DNA of 63,717 nt, filler included, from Globobulimina sp. (lineage: Eukaryota), in NCBI GenBank assembly GCA_003354225.1. It is 14 parts of 14 records of this genome, joined end to end, with 100 filler letters (N's around TTAATTAATTAA, not from the genome) between each part and the next. Parts side by side here need not be neighbours in the genome. Positions count along the whole stretch, not along the records: positions 31,940 to 36,395 come from PIVH01001224.1; positions 36,496 to 40,950 come from PIVH01001225.1; positions 41,051 to 45,505 come from PIVH01001226.1; positions 45,606 to 50,059 come from PIVH01001227.1; 10 more parts are not named here. The stretch is one strand, 5' to 3'. The translations under genes were made by a program, and so were the position numbers. The notes below the pieces were generated by a model, which worked only from the letters and a program-made list of their open reading frames with translations, ran no database searches and was not told the origin of the DNA. Position 1 is the first letter of the stretch. Each line of letters begins with the position of its first letter. Below are positions 33,563 to 45,606 of this stretch, in pieces.

Positions 33563-35326
33563 TTACTTTAATTGCTCAACATAATCATGTTCAATATTAC
33601 TATTACTACGTCCAATTGACAATGATGGTTCTTGAGCAGTTAATTCTTGTTGTTCTTCATTAAAAGCATTGTTTTGCATATGATACATATCAGCACGCAA
33701 TGGATGGTATACATATTCATATAAATATGCTGATAAACTAATAAATGCACAAACTGATACCCATGAACCTGTTAAAAAAGCTCCTTTGGCAATTCCGCAA
33801 AGTTCAATGAAAAAAGTTCCTAAATATGGTGCTGTTCCTGCAAATAATAAAGCTCCCACTTCATTATTGTATATTCATTATATTAAACATGAAATAACAA
33901 ATATATAAACATATAAAATAACTATTAAATGCCACACCAAATATCCTTGTTCTTGTGCGTGGATCGAGTAACAATGTATCAATGTACCAAAAATACACTG
34001 CACCACAAGTTATATTTGGGAAAAATATCATAGGAAGCGATAAAATCAAATCCTGCCATGGCTCAGTAGTGACAGTAAATCCATACCAAATAAATGGTGC
34101 TATAATCATAGTTGAAACACCTGATATAATCAAGAAGCTATGTATGATAATTCACAAATAATTATAAATAAGTTGCACATACAAAGATATACATATTTCC
34201 AAACCGAAGAGGTCCATATTTATCCGTACAAAATCCAACGGCAACAATGACTGTGCCACTAAATACCATCAAATAGGCATTGAACTGATACGATTGCTTA
34301 TTGCTCCAACCACGCATGCTCTCACTTTGTAAATAATCCGGCAAAAATATATTAAATAAAAACGGTGTTAATTGATTGAGTGCAGTTGCCAGTATCAAAA
34401 TAGTTGTAATCTTACAATTGCTGCAAAAAGCAATAGAGAATGCATTTTCTGATATCTCTCTACCATTTGCAACAGATCTCATGTAACGACTGGAATCACT
34501 GAATGCAAACCATTTATCTGTGTGACGACGTGTGATATGCATCAAATTATGCAAGTCGTTATTTTCCTGCACCATTGCTGCAAAAACTGGTGTCGGTTTC
34601 AGTACGTATTTAGAATACCAAGCAACAATCGCTAATATTATGCCAATCCAAAAAGGTATTCTCCAGCCGAATGAATGTATTTGTTGCTCTGTCAATGTCT
34701 GATTGATTGTTATTTTAACCAACGTTGCAAACATTGCACCCACAGATGATATTACTTTATGTTTTTATATTGTAAATTGGAGCAATGATACTAAAATAAA
34801 TATATGAAATACCAATGAGTGACATCCATAACGCTCTCCTATTTGTTGGCGCAATTTCGTAAAGATATACAAACACAGAAGATATTTCGCCACCAGTTGA
34901 CAATCCCTGAATTAATCTAAATAGTAACAATATTAATGGAGCAGCAATACCAATGGTGTTATATGATGGTATGCAGCCTGTTAAAAAGGTGCAAATTGCC
35001 ATGGTCATAATTGACACTCTAAATGCTTTCTTGCGACCGTATATATCAGATATATATCCAAACAAAGCTCCTCCAAATGGTCGGGTACTAAATCCTACCC
35101 AAAATAGGCCATATACCCAGGCATCGTATTGAACCTCGGTTAGATTTGGTGGAAATAAAGCTTGTCCAATCTCATGTGTAAAAAAACCCAGTACACCAAA
35201 ATCATAAAATTCAAACATTGAGGCCATACATGAAATGAAGATTATTTTCCAATTTTTTAAGATAGGGAATCTTGTGGGGATTTTATTTTCTTTTTCATCG
35301 CCAGAGCTATCGGAAACCAGTGACAT
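33563..35326 (-). CDS. MFS metabolite:H+ symporter (ProP/MHS-like), 4 exons
   Basis: EFYDFG, RPFGGALFGYISDIYGRK, RLIQGLSTGGE, GWRIPFW across ORFs 34757-35374, 34162-34743, 33864-34133 and 33563-33859. Confidence 0.85.
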
Positions 35327-35403
35327 GTTTCGTTCACTTAGAGCAAAACTAAAGTTTTTTAATGATGATTGCAAAAAGATTAATTGTTAGTTATTTATTG
35401 ATA

Positions 35404-35616
35404 CTTTCCCTGTAGATTGGTTCAGACGGTTCAGTTTTGAGATTTTCAGATTTTTAAAAGTACTCTCAACAGTAACCGTCTCAAATATAATCCGCCCTTA
35501 TGCATACTCATACAAACCGATACAAACGCCAAATTATACGCGTTTAAAATAAAAAAAATCCAAACCATTATACAAAATCTCAAAACCAATCCTTCCAAAC
35601 CAATCTACAGGGAAAG
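35404..35616. mobile_element. Tc1/mariner-type MITE (213 bp) flanked by TA
   Basis: TA|CTTTCCCTGTAGATTGGTT...AACCAATCTACAGGGAAAG|TA with perfect 19-bp termini, plus an inner GTTTTGAGATTTT/AAAATCTCAAAAC repeat. Confidence 0.7.
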
Positions 35617-35695
35617 TATGTAATTACCAAATAAATTATCATTATAATAAATATATGTATAAAAATATATGTATGTACAATCTCATCTGTTATAT

Positions 35696-36395
35696 TTAAT
35701 GTTTTTCTGGTTGATCCTCTTTGTTTTGACCATTTTTATCACTTTCATATTGGGCATCATCACTGTCATCAGATGTGCCTGTAACAACAGTGGTATTTAA
35801 ATCTTTTGGTTTTATAGAATACGCCCTTGCAAAATGGTAACCAGCACCACCGTGTTCATACATATCCAAGCCAACAACTTCTTCATTTCTATCAATCCGC
35901 AATACTTTAAACCATTTAAGTGCGAAAAACAAAACTCCACTCATAACCACTGTCCATACTGCAATAACAATAGCAGCCATACATTGAATACCAAACCGAT
36001 ACACGCGACTTAAATTTGCAACTTCTTCTGAATATCCACCAAATAAAATAGCTTCTCGATCATACGCAAAAACACCAACAGATACAACTCCCCAAAAGCC
36101 GCCAACACCATGAACGCAAAACGCATCTAACGGATCATCAATATGCCAAAACTGCAATAAATTTGATGCTGCCAAAAATAACAACCCACCCACTGCCCCA
36201 ACACATATTGAAGCCCAGCCATTAATCACTGCACAAGGTGCAGTTACACTTACTAATGCGGCCAATGTGCCATTCAAAACTATCGAAATGTACCAACTGC
36301 CAGTTGTTATCCGTCCAACTGCCGCCGTTACGCTCCCTGCTGATGCCGCAGCCACTCGTGGATGCGAACTGGGCCTGCGACTGGGTGGAGAGGAA
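35696..36395 (-). CDS. amt: Ammonium transporter (Amt family), 5' truncated
   Basis: LNGTLAALVSVTAPC, IDDPLDAFCVHGVGGFWG, LR..EEVVGLDMYEHG. Confidence 0.92.
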
Positions 36396-36635
36396 NNNNN
36401 NNNNNNNNNNNNNNNNNNNNNNNNNNNNNNNNNNNNNNNTTAATTAATTAANNNNNNNNNNNNNNNNNNNNNNNNNNNNNNNNNNNNNNNNNNNNATTCG
36501 CTGAGTGCCATGACGAAAGCAAAATGTTATGTTTCTAAATGACAAAAGTTTTTTTTTCTTCAATTATCAAAGCGTTCATTGAAGAAATTAACTAAAAGCA
36601 AAAACCCTATTGTATATTACATTATTGTATTGTAT

Positions 36636-37271
36636 TCAATCACTATCATGTTCATCATCACTGTCACTGTCAGTTTCGCAATCACTCTTATGATCCCATG
36701 ATTGCTCAACAATAAGTTTTATTTGTTTGTCGTATTCTACTCTGTTATTAACAAATAAATCGGCAGCTTTAGCATTGCAAACACATTTTAGATTTGGATT
36801 TGGATTCTCCAATAAAGATTTCATTGCTTCCAACACTGTCCCAACACTATAGATTGGCGACCAATTATGATACCAATCAAAACACATTGCACCATTCTCA
36901 TAAATATTTGGATGAAACATCTTGCTCGAAAAGCTTGCTTTGGGTCCTTTATTTGGATAATCCTCAGTGAATAATAAACTTACTTTAAATATACCACCTT
37001 CTAAATCTGTGTCATCAGCTCCAAAAATCACAGCTTCCCAATCCATTAAATTGTGATCTAAAGGAGCAGCTATTGCATTTTCCACTGGATTCTTTTGCAA
37101 ATTTAGAAAATCTTTCATTAATCTTCGTTCTGCAGAGCTTGCTGCTGAAATATAATAAAATTTTAGACATATTTTCTGTACTCCCTCAGGAATAATAATA
37201 TCGTACTCTTTTTGCTGCCATCTAAAATATCCAACGATCAAACAACAAATTCTATCATGAGCCAGAGCCAT
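36636..37271 (-). CDS. Ubiquitin-conjugating enzyme E2 (Rad6/UBC2-like) with N-terminal extension
   Basis: AERRLMKDF, WEAVIFG, YPNKGP, FHPNIYENGAMC (active Cys), NWSP, acidic tail. Confidence 0.9.
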   Translation of the reverse strand: MALAHDRICCLIVGYFRWQQKEYDIIIPEGVQKICLKFYYISAASSAERRLMKDFLNLQKNPVENAIAAPLDHNLMDWEAVIFGADDTDLEGGIFKVSLLFTEDYPNKGPKASFSSKMFHPNIYENGAMCFDWYHNWSPIYSVGTVLEAMKSLLENPNPNLKCVCNAKAADLFVNNRVEYDKQIKLIVEQSWDHKSDCETDSDSDDEHDSD

Positions 37272-37420
37272 TTTCTTGACATTTTCTTGACTGAACAGCT
37301 TCGAACAAAAACAGTATTTCCAATGGAAAAATACAATGCGAAACATAATATTACAACTAATATTTTATACATATTTATTAATAAAGTCATTTCTTAGTTT
37401 ATATTATTAATAATTATAGG

Positions 37421-38878
37421 TCAATTATTGGGATTTACCACAACGTCATGATTCCATTTATTTGTATAACTATTTTGCTGCGTTTTTGGTTTATAAAAGA
37501 GCTGTTGCACCAATTCCGCCCTTCCATTACGAAACACAGACTCGCAATATGCAAAATAAAATGCATACGTTTTAAACAAGACCTCATCGTAATTATTATT
37601 AAGTGTCCTCAATTCCTCCCAATTGCGCTCAAACTGCAGCCTCCATTTTGCGAGTGTTTTGGCATAATGCTGTCCATAAAATTCCTGATGTACCTTAACA
37701 AAACCTTGCTCGTCGGCCACTTGCCAGACCCAATCCGCATGCACTAAACAGCCATTCGGGAATATATACCGAGAGATATAATTAGATCCGGTGCAAGCTG
37801 AGGACCGCTCAGTTTTGAACCATTCCGGATGGATATCAGTGCGCGTAATATAATGTAATAAAAAGTACGAGTCCGGCTTCAAAACATTCCATATTGACTC
37901 GAAAAACTCCGTCAATTTGTGGTATCCGACATGTTCCAACATACCAATCGATACAACCCGATCAAAATAGTGTGCTCCATATTTCTTTTCCAAATCTCTA
38001 TAATCCAAATAATCAAAAAATATCTCCTTATTTGCCACCTGATTCATGTATGTTTTCTGCATAAACTCCAACTGCGACGAAGATATTGTTATTCCCACCA
38101 CAAAGTTGTCAGTTTTGTTGTTAATATACGACGGGAAATACCCCCAACCACAGCCGACATCCAATACATTCAACTTTGACTCATTACGCTTAGCCTGCAA
38201 AATATTTGTTTTTTTGATGATAATGTCCCATTTGTTATTTTGAGCTTGTTCCAAAGAATCATTTTCATCGTTGAATATGGCGCAGGAATAACCCGTTAAT
38301 TTTTCGCCTAAAAAAGATTGATAGAAATCATTGCCAAGATTGTAATGATGGGAAATGGATTTAATATCTTCTTCCTTGGAATGGGACATTCTTTGCAAAA
38401 CAGGCAAACGTAAAATATATTGATACCATGACTTGAAAGCAAATATATATTCCATCAGCACGCCTTTCTTTTGCTCTTTTCGCCGCATTCTGTTCCGCAT
38501 GAAGTGATATATTGTTTCGGTTAATAGATTGGGATTATTTGGGTCATTCTGGATGGACCAATAGCCCATAAAATAAGCCTCGCCTAAACCAATATTGCCG
38601 CCTGAAATGGCCAAAGTGCGGTAAAATTGTGTCGCGTTATTTAATATTATGCTGGCGGAACAGTCAAGATCTGCTGCTGCATTTTGCCAAACTCTTTTGC
38701 CAAATTTGCGGATTTCATTGCGAGTGGGATAGGTTACACACAATACGCCATAATCAAAGGTGTTGAATGATCGATTGATCATAAACTCAAATATCTCATT
38801 TTGCTGTTTGTATCCTTGGTAGATAATGATTGATAATGTTACACATAATAGACTCAAGACAGTGCGGCAAAGAGACAT
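37421..38878 (-). CDS. cfa: Cyclopropane-fatty-acyl-phospholipid synthase (SAM methyltransferase)
   Basis: GLGEAYFMGYW, HYNLGNDFY, YSCA, LEQAQ, LDVGCGWG, DYRD, SIGMLEHVG, YIFPNG, HYAKTL; N-terminal TM. Confidence 0.9.
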   Translation of the reverse strand: MSLCRTVLSLLCVTLSIIIYQGYKQQNEIFEFMINRSFNTFDYGVLCVTYPTRNEIRKFGKRVWQNAAADLDCSASIILNNATQFYRTLAISGGNIGLGEAYFMGYWSIQNDPNNPNLLTETIYHFMRNRMRRKEQKKGVLMEYIFAFKSWYQYILRLPVLQRMSHSKEEDIKSISHHYNLGNDFYQSFLGEKLTGYSCAIFNDENDSLEQAQNNKWDIIIKKTNILQAKRNESKLNVLDVGCGWGYFPSYINNKTDNFVVGITISSSQLEFMQKTYMNQVANKEIFFDYLDYRDLEKKYGAHYFDRVVSIGMLEHVGYHKLTEFFESIWNVLKPDSYFLLHYITRTDIHPEWFKTERSSACTGSNYISRYIFPNGCLVHADWVWQVADEQGFVKVHQEFYGQHYAKTLAKWRLQFERNWEELRTLNNNYDEVLFKTYAFYFAYCESVFRNGRAELVQQLFYKPKTQQNSYTNKWNHDVVVNPNN

Positions 38879-39603
38879 TCTACGATTTGATGTGTAGTCA
38901 GCCGAATGTTTTCTGTGTACAATTTTCAACCTTTAAAAATTTGGTTTTTTTACATAAAAACGGACTTAAACTGTGCCTAAACAGAAACAGACATTTTTAT
39001 AAGAGGTTTATATTATGTTTATATGGATGTATTTATGTGTTGGAATAATTTTGAATTGGTTTAATATGCTAAATATATCATATATGCCTTTGTTGGTTTA
39101 ATAAATTAATTTTGATACATTTTAATTTGCGTAGACAGCAAATGGTGATTTAATTGAAATACATAATTTACTAAAAGGAAATAATTGCACTGTATGTTGG
39201 CAACAAATAATTTATTTATGATTTGTTGATTTAAAATTGTTTGAATGTGTGTAAATCCGTGGATGATATAAATCAGATTAATAATAAAAATACGTGAGTT
39301 AAATAATTTGTATTTTTTACCAAATTTAAACTTCAAAATCAAATGGTATGGAACCGAATGTATTAATATTAATGATGGAACAATTAAAATTTAAACCAAT
39401 TTAAAATTATAACGCAATAAATACATCGATTTTGTGATTTGAAATTCCTCTTATATCAATTCCTCGATCTGCTATATTTGTTTGCAAACAAACAAAGCAC
39501 ATGAAACAGAGTGTGTGTTCTTTGTTCGATGTTGATTGGAAATATTGCTCAATGTGTAAAACCTAAGTCAACTGAAAGTCGCATCTTTTTTAGTGAAGCC
39601 AAC

Positions 39604-40507
39604 ATGTCCGCAGTAGTGTTTACCGCATTCTTATCCATTGCATTTGCAGCTGAATATGTATACACACCGCATGGCCGTCGATTAAAACAATGCGTTCATG
39701 TCGCCGAAGAATATGAAACAATATTACATGACCGAGCAAATGGCGTTGACGTATTTTATCCAAAAACGAACCGAACCATATTCAAACCAGCATTGCCAGA
39801 ATGTATTGAAGAAGCCAAAAACATTCGTGATTTAAAGGCATGGCAAGGTATATTTGTATACTATGCATTTTCATTTGTATTATACACATACAACAAATTA
39901 TATATATGTAGATAATGCGTATGATAATAAAACGCCAGAATTAGGAACATTTTCCAGTGTATATAACTTACCGAACGAATCGCCGCCAAATGGAGGTCAA
40001 TTGTTATATTTTTTTATTGGAATGGTAAATGTTGGCAGTTCGTTGGGAGAAACCATTATTCAGCCGGTAGTTAATTATGACCATTCTGGCCAATTTCCAG
40101 CTGGATGGAGCATGGAATCATGGAATTGCTGCCCATCGGGACAGACCCACTCATCGCGAAATATAAAATTATCGGCGAATGCAATGGGAATACCCACTCA
40201 GTTAATCGCGGATGGAAAGAATATTAATATCACAATGAGCTATGGAGGACAGAGCACCACATTGGTTCAAGCACAATCTGGGAGGACCTTTAAATGGATT
40301 GACGCGACTTTGGAAGAATACACTGTCAAATCATGCGATGCGTTTAATAAGAAACCATTTAATTTTACGTTGATGAAAATCAATGATCTCACAGGAAAAG
40401 CATATACTCCAAAATGGGTGATTCAGGATAATCAGGCTGTTAAATGTAATGGGAAAACTACTTTATATGATACCTTCAATATCGGTATTGTTGGTAATGG
40501 ACAGTAA
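39604..40507 (+). CDS. Secreted beta-rich protein, 2 exons
   Basis: Signal peptide MSAVVFTAFLSIAFA, YVYTPHG..CVH, YFFIG..IIQPVV..SWNCCP; intron at about 39848-39911. Confidence 0.65.
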
Positions 40508-40619
40508 TTGACAGCACTAGTAATATTATTATTATTATTATATAAATATTGTGTATCTTAGTTACTCAGTCCGTGCAACACAGATCCACTACGGAAAGTT
40601 AGTGGTAACTCCTTGTTAT

Positions 40620-40654
40620 GATTAGCATTCTTAAAGTTTTGAAGAATGCTAATC
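40620..40654. repeat. Short hairpin between convergent genes
   Basis: GATTAGCATTCTT-9 nt-AAGAATGCTAATC. Confidence 0.5.
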
Positions 40655-40736
40655 GTTGAGCATTGGCAATTTTCTCACCTTGAGCATTGATATTAATTAA
40701 AAAATCTAAAATTAATTATATTGTTTACAGTACTGA

Positions 40737-40950
40737 TCAAGTCATATTGTTACACTGTGGACAGCATATCTGAAATTGAACGGTGGTGAAATTAATAAAA
40801 TATCCATCGGGTGGATCATTGGGTCCATCGCATGCACTATGATCTGGTTGACATTTATCCACAGCAACAGTATGTGTGGCTACGTCAGGCCCTTCACATT
40901 GATCATTATAATAACCTTTGAATTGATATCCATTCACGGTGCCATTACAA
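40737..40950 (-). CDS. C-terminal fragment of a Cys-rich protein
   Basis: Edge-truncated ORF with several Cys residues. Confidence 0.4.
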
Positions 40951-41351
40951 NNNNNNNNNNNNNNNNNNNNNNNNNNNNNNNNNNNNNNNNNNNNTTAATT
41001 AATTAANNNNNNNNNNNNNNNNNNNNNNNNNNNNNNNNNNNNNNNNNNNNGTCCATTAACACACGATATACACTATTGTTACCGTTGTTGTTGTCGCTTT
41101 GTGTATGGTATAATGAATTGTCAATTTGATTCCTTTTTTGTTTTGTTTTATACATTGTGTACATAGATGAGATGATAGCACTAGATGTGTAGATGTATTT
41201 ATGTAACTTGTTTTTTCCTCGTTTTCGTTGAGATTTATTGTCCATCGGAAGCATGCTTTTTGAAAAATGCAAGGCTACTCACGCCGTTGTGATATAAAGG
41301 ATAATGTATCATTAATGTGTGTCACTTTAGTTTAAACTTGTTCCGTTTAGA

Positions 41352-42729
41352 ATGGCAGAGGAAACACTAACAGAGAAAGTTAATTAATTTGTTTATTTGT
41401 ATTCAACAAGAATGGAATATATAAAAATGTACTAACGGTCAGCTATGGAAGTTAGCATCATATTCAGCATACGATTTACTTGGCTTTGGATCAGGATCAG
41501 CATCAAACGCAACTAATAAAAGTACAACAAACAACGCTAATGATGATCATAAGAAGAAAGAGAAAGTGAAACCGAAATCCATCTGGCCATCATTTGTTAA
41601 AAGTAAATCAGATAAATGTTGCTGGGGTCAATATGATGAGCCGGATGCATCCCAATTCATTGTCCGTGGCCAACATTATTTAAATAATAAAATCAAAAAA
41701 AAATCAAAAAAGTCTTTATTTACATTGGCTAATTTAGAATTATATGACTGTGCTGTAAATGAGTCATATCATATTGTTACACATAATAAAAGTTGGTATC
41801 ATAAATATCATAAACAATTACCAAACGATACATTTTATTTAATATATAATTTGCAATTGTCTTCGCTGAATACATCTGTTGTGGCTACCTTTGTGTTAAA
41901 AACCAATCAACCACCAAACACAAACACAAACACACATAAAAACCATCAAAATAAACTCAAACACCTACTCATCAATGACCAGAACTTAATTGATGAAATG
42001 TTAAATGATTTAAGTGATTCATCTGAGTCTGATTCTGATTCTGATACTGATAAAATAGTAGCAATTGACAAACCGGACAACCACAACCAAAGTTAATTAA
42101 TTAATATTTCTGCGATTCTGCGTCAATGCAATAAATACAATAAAATAAAAATAGAAAAACAGACGAAAAATGATGAAAATATAGAAATAGAAGAAAAAGA
42201 GATGGAGGAATTAGAGAAAAAAGAAGAGAAACAATCCTCAGACAAAGTAATCAAATTTACGGAGGAAGACATAGAGAATATGCCAAATATCGAACAAGTG
42301 ATCCATTCGGATAATATCGTAAATGATAACTCATGGTATCCCAAATTAGGGTATAAACCCTATGATAATTTGGTGTGGGATAAGTTTTTGAATGGGGATG
42401 AATTATTTATCAATCAGAGATTAAAAACTATTCCAAGAATCGTAGAGGGTTCGTGGTATTTCACCTTTCCACAACGACCAGCATTGCTTGGCATGAAAAC
42501 ACCACAAAGATGTTATAGGGGCTCAAATTATTTAGAAATTGATTGTGAAGCTGATAACTCAATGCTTGTTGCACAAATAGCCAAAGCGGCCTATCATATC
42601 AGCACATATTTAGCGGTTGATATTGTGATTACTATTGAAGGACAACAAGAAAACCAATTACCAGAACGCATACTCGGAGGCTTTCAAATTCGATATGCAG
42701 ATACTACAAAAGCTATAAAATTAACTTGA
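41352..42729 (+). CDS. DUF1336 / EDR2 C-terminal domain protein, multi-exon
   Basis: W..PDASQFIVRGQHYL..K.K.S; RLKTIPRIVEGSW; YLEID; IEGQ...LPERILG. Confidence 0.8.
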
Positions 42730-42808
42730 TTGCTTAGTATAAATATGTGTTAGTGCTTTCATTCAATTAATCTGTTTCATGACTAGCTAGCTTGACTGTG
42801 TAACTTAA

Positions 42809-45505
42809 ATGGCCAGTTCAGAGCGACGTAGCCGGAAAGAGAGAGGCTATGATAAATCAGCAACCAAGAGGCCAAAACGTGGTGTAAATATAAATGATAT
42901 TGAAAAATTAGGATCACGTACATTTAAAATAATTGATTTAGATAATAAAAATTTTAAAGATAAACTTTTATCAGATATACCAACAAAAGAGGACAAATCA
43001 ATACAAAAACACCAAACCACGCGTACTTTACATAAAAAATGTGATATCTCAGTGCCAGATTTCAAGCCAATTCGTCATGAATTACCAAATAAATCATTAA
43101 ATCCATCACTTAAATCCACAAATCATAAACCTTTTACATTGCCAAATCATTACATCCAATATGTTTCCTGCAGAGATAAAGGCTATGTCTCATTTAAGGA
43201 CTTTTATCATTTAAAGCATCAAGATATCCAATGGTTAATTCATGAAATCTCAAATAAATCACTTTCTGGCTATAATCTCATCGATAACATCAATAAAAAG
43301 TATTCATTATCTACGCTCATACAATCACAGCAATCACAACTGCCTCAAAATAAGAAAGAAACGAGTCTCGATAAAAAGTTAACAATTATCCTCGCACTCA
43401 ATATTTATCCTTGCACACAACAAATATTTAGAGCCACACCCACGTGCACCCCAACACCATTTATGATGTCAATCGACTCTCAAACCTCATTATTTAGTAA
43501 GAATATCACACCGCCACCCAATGGCATTCAATTCCCATTCAATTCAATGAGTTCAATGCATAGAGACAATTCAATGTCGCCGCCCATCAATAGAGAGTAT
43601 AATCATTTTGAGTCCTCCTTTTACAACAATATCAATTATAATTCCATCATTGAGGACATAAATAAAGAAGAAAAAAAGAAGGAACATAATATGGATGATT
43701 GTGGCGATAATATCATCCGAATTAGTAATACAAATTTAACCCGCTTAAGTCTGTCCAAATTGATATATTTTTTAGAATATAAAATGTATAGAATCGCCAA
43801 GTACAAATCAAATCCTTTGCGGTATTTCCCATTAAATCAAGTGTTGATATCCGTAAGAAATTGGGACCCATCCTATGAATCTATTGATGTGCAGAAAATA
43901 TATTTTCATTGGATTAAAACCAGGCGAAATAATGGCAGAATGTCTGAGAAATCTTTAATTCGAAACTTTCAACAGCCGCCGGATACCAATGATGATGACA
44001 GCAACATTGCATTTAGACCGAGAGTGTGCGACGAGAGGCATGTAACGACCCGACGGCAAACCAAAAAACCAAAGACAAATACAAAAGAAGCATACATTCA
44101 GTTACAAGTGTTTTTACACACCATACAAAAACAATATATATTTTGGAAGAAACAGCTGGAAATTGAACAATATAAAAAACAGATGATTTTAAAAAATATC
44201 AAAGATACACAACACGTATTGCAAAATAATCAATATATAAAAGATAAATTGTATATTATTGATAGTATGAATCGACCAAATATTAAATATAATCAATTAT
44301 TTAATACATTTTCGTCCAAAATATTAGCCACAGCCACAATGTCATTGAGTAATAATAATAATAATATCGTAGCATTAACTAAACATAATATGGATACATA
44401 TAATAATAATTTTAAAGATATAAGCCCTTATAAGAAAGTATGGAAATCTGTTTGTAATGGAATTATTGTGCCGAAAACTAATGTAATTATTGATAAAATC
44501 CAAGAATTCGCAAATAATATTAAAAGTTTAGAGACTGATATTGTATGTAATAAAATGGGGATAACTTTGAATCAATTAAATATACATAAATCAATAAATA
44601 ATAAATATCATTGGGAAATAAAACCGAATTCGCGTCCGAATAATGATAATGATAATGATATAGATATAGATTATAAGAGATATAATACCATAAAGCATAG
44701 ATTATTGCATTCAATGTCTTATATTAATTATAAAAAAGATAATAATATATTGGATGAGGTGAATGCCGTCTCGATACCATCCATTTCAAGGAATGGTGAA
44801 TTACAAATTAAAACTTATCATCCATTAATTAAACATATTGATGATATTCAACAACCACAACACCAAAAACAACCAAAACAAACCAATACAATGTTTGATC
44901 AGTTTACAGTACCAATTCAACCAATTATTACTCATTACAATGCCAATAAAAACGATAATAATACACCAAAAAAAATAAAAAGTTTAATCATCAATAATAG
45001 GAATATTAATATTAATAACAATCATAATCACAATAAAATGAGTGGTAGGAAAAGAAAGAGTTATTATGATCCATCATCATCATTAACATTATCACCAGCA
45101 CCAAAGCGGCAAAAATTAATAAAAACACAGTCTTTGAGTGAGCTAACAAGACAAAAGAAAAAATTGCCGCATATTCAACATATCCCGGCAAATGGTCTGA
45201 GTCTCAAAAAATTTGCCAAAACTAGCAATTTATATGAAATGCAATCAATGCTCGAACAAAACAAACACAAACAGCAATATATTCAATTGCAACAAAAATC
45301 GCACTTTCAAAAATTAAAAAACAAACCAACATTAAAACCAATCAAAAATATGAATAATAAACCCAATAAAACGAATAATAAAAATACTATAAGCCCTCCT
45401 TCCTTTTCCCAAACAATGACACCAATGCATGCGCGGACACTCTCTGCCAATGCTCACACCGCAAAAAGCAACACCAAAACAACAAAGACAAAAACAAAAA
45501 CAACC
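42809..45505 (+). CDS. Enhancer-of-polycomb (EPC/Epl1)-like protein, 3' truncated
   Basis: ISVP..FTLPNHYI; IYFHWIKTR..SLIRNFQ..D..IAFRPR; Asn-rich tail. Confidence 0.6.
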
Positions 45506-45606
45506 NNNNNNNNNNNNNNNNNNNNNNNNNNNNNNNNNNNNNNNNNNNNTTAATTAATTAANNNNNNNNNNNNNNNNNNNNNNNNNNNNNNNNNNNNNNN
45601 NNNNNA

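Noticed and set aside
37421-38878. Intronless cfa as bacterial contamination
   Set aside because: It sits among eukaryotic genes (an E2 and an intron-containing secreted protein) on the same contig with similar composition and a TM extension. Older HGT cannot be judged without phylogeny.
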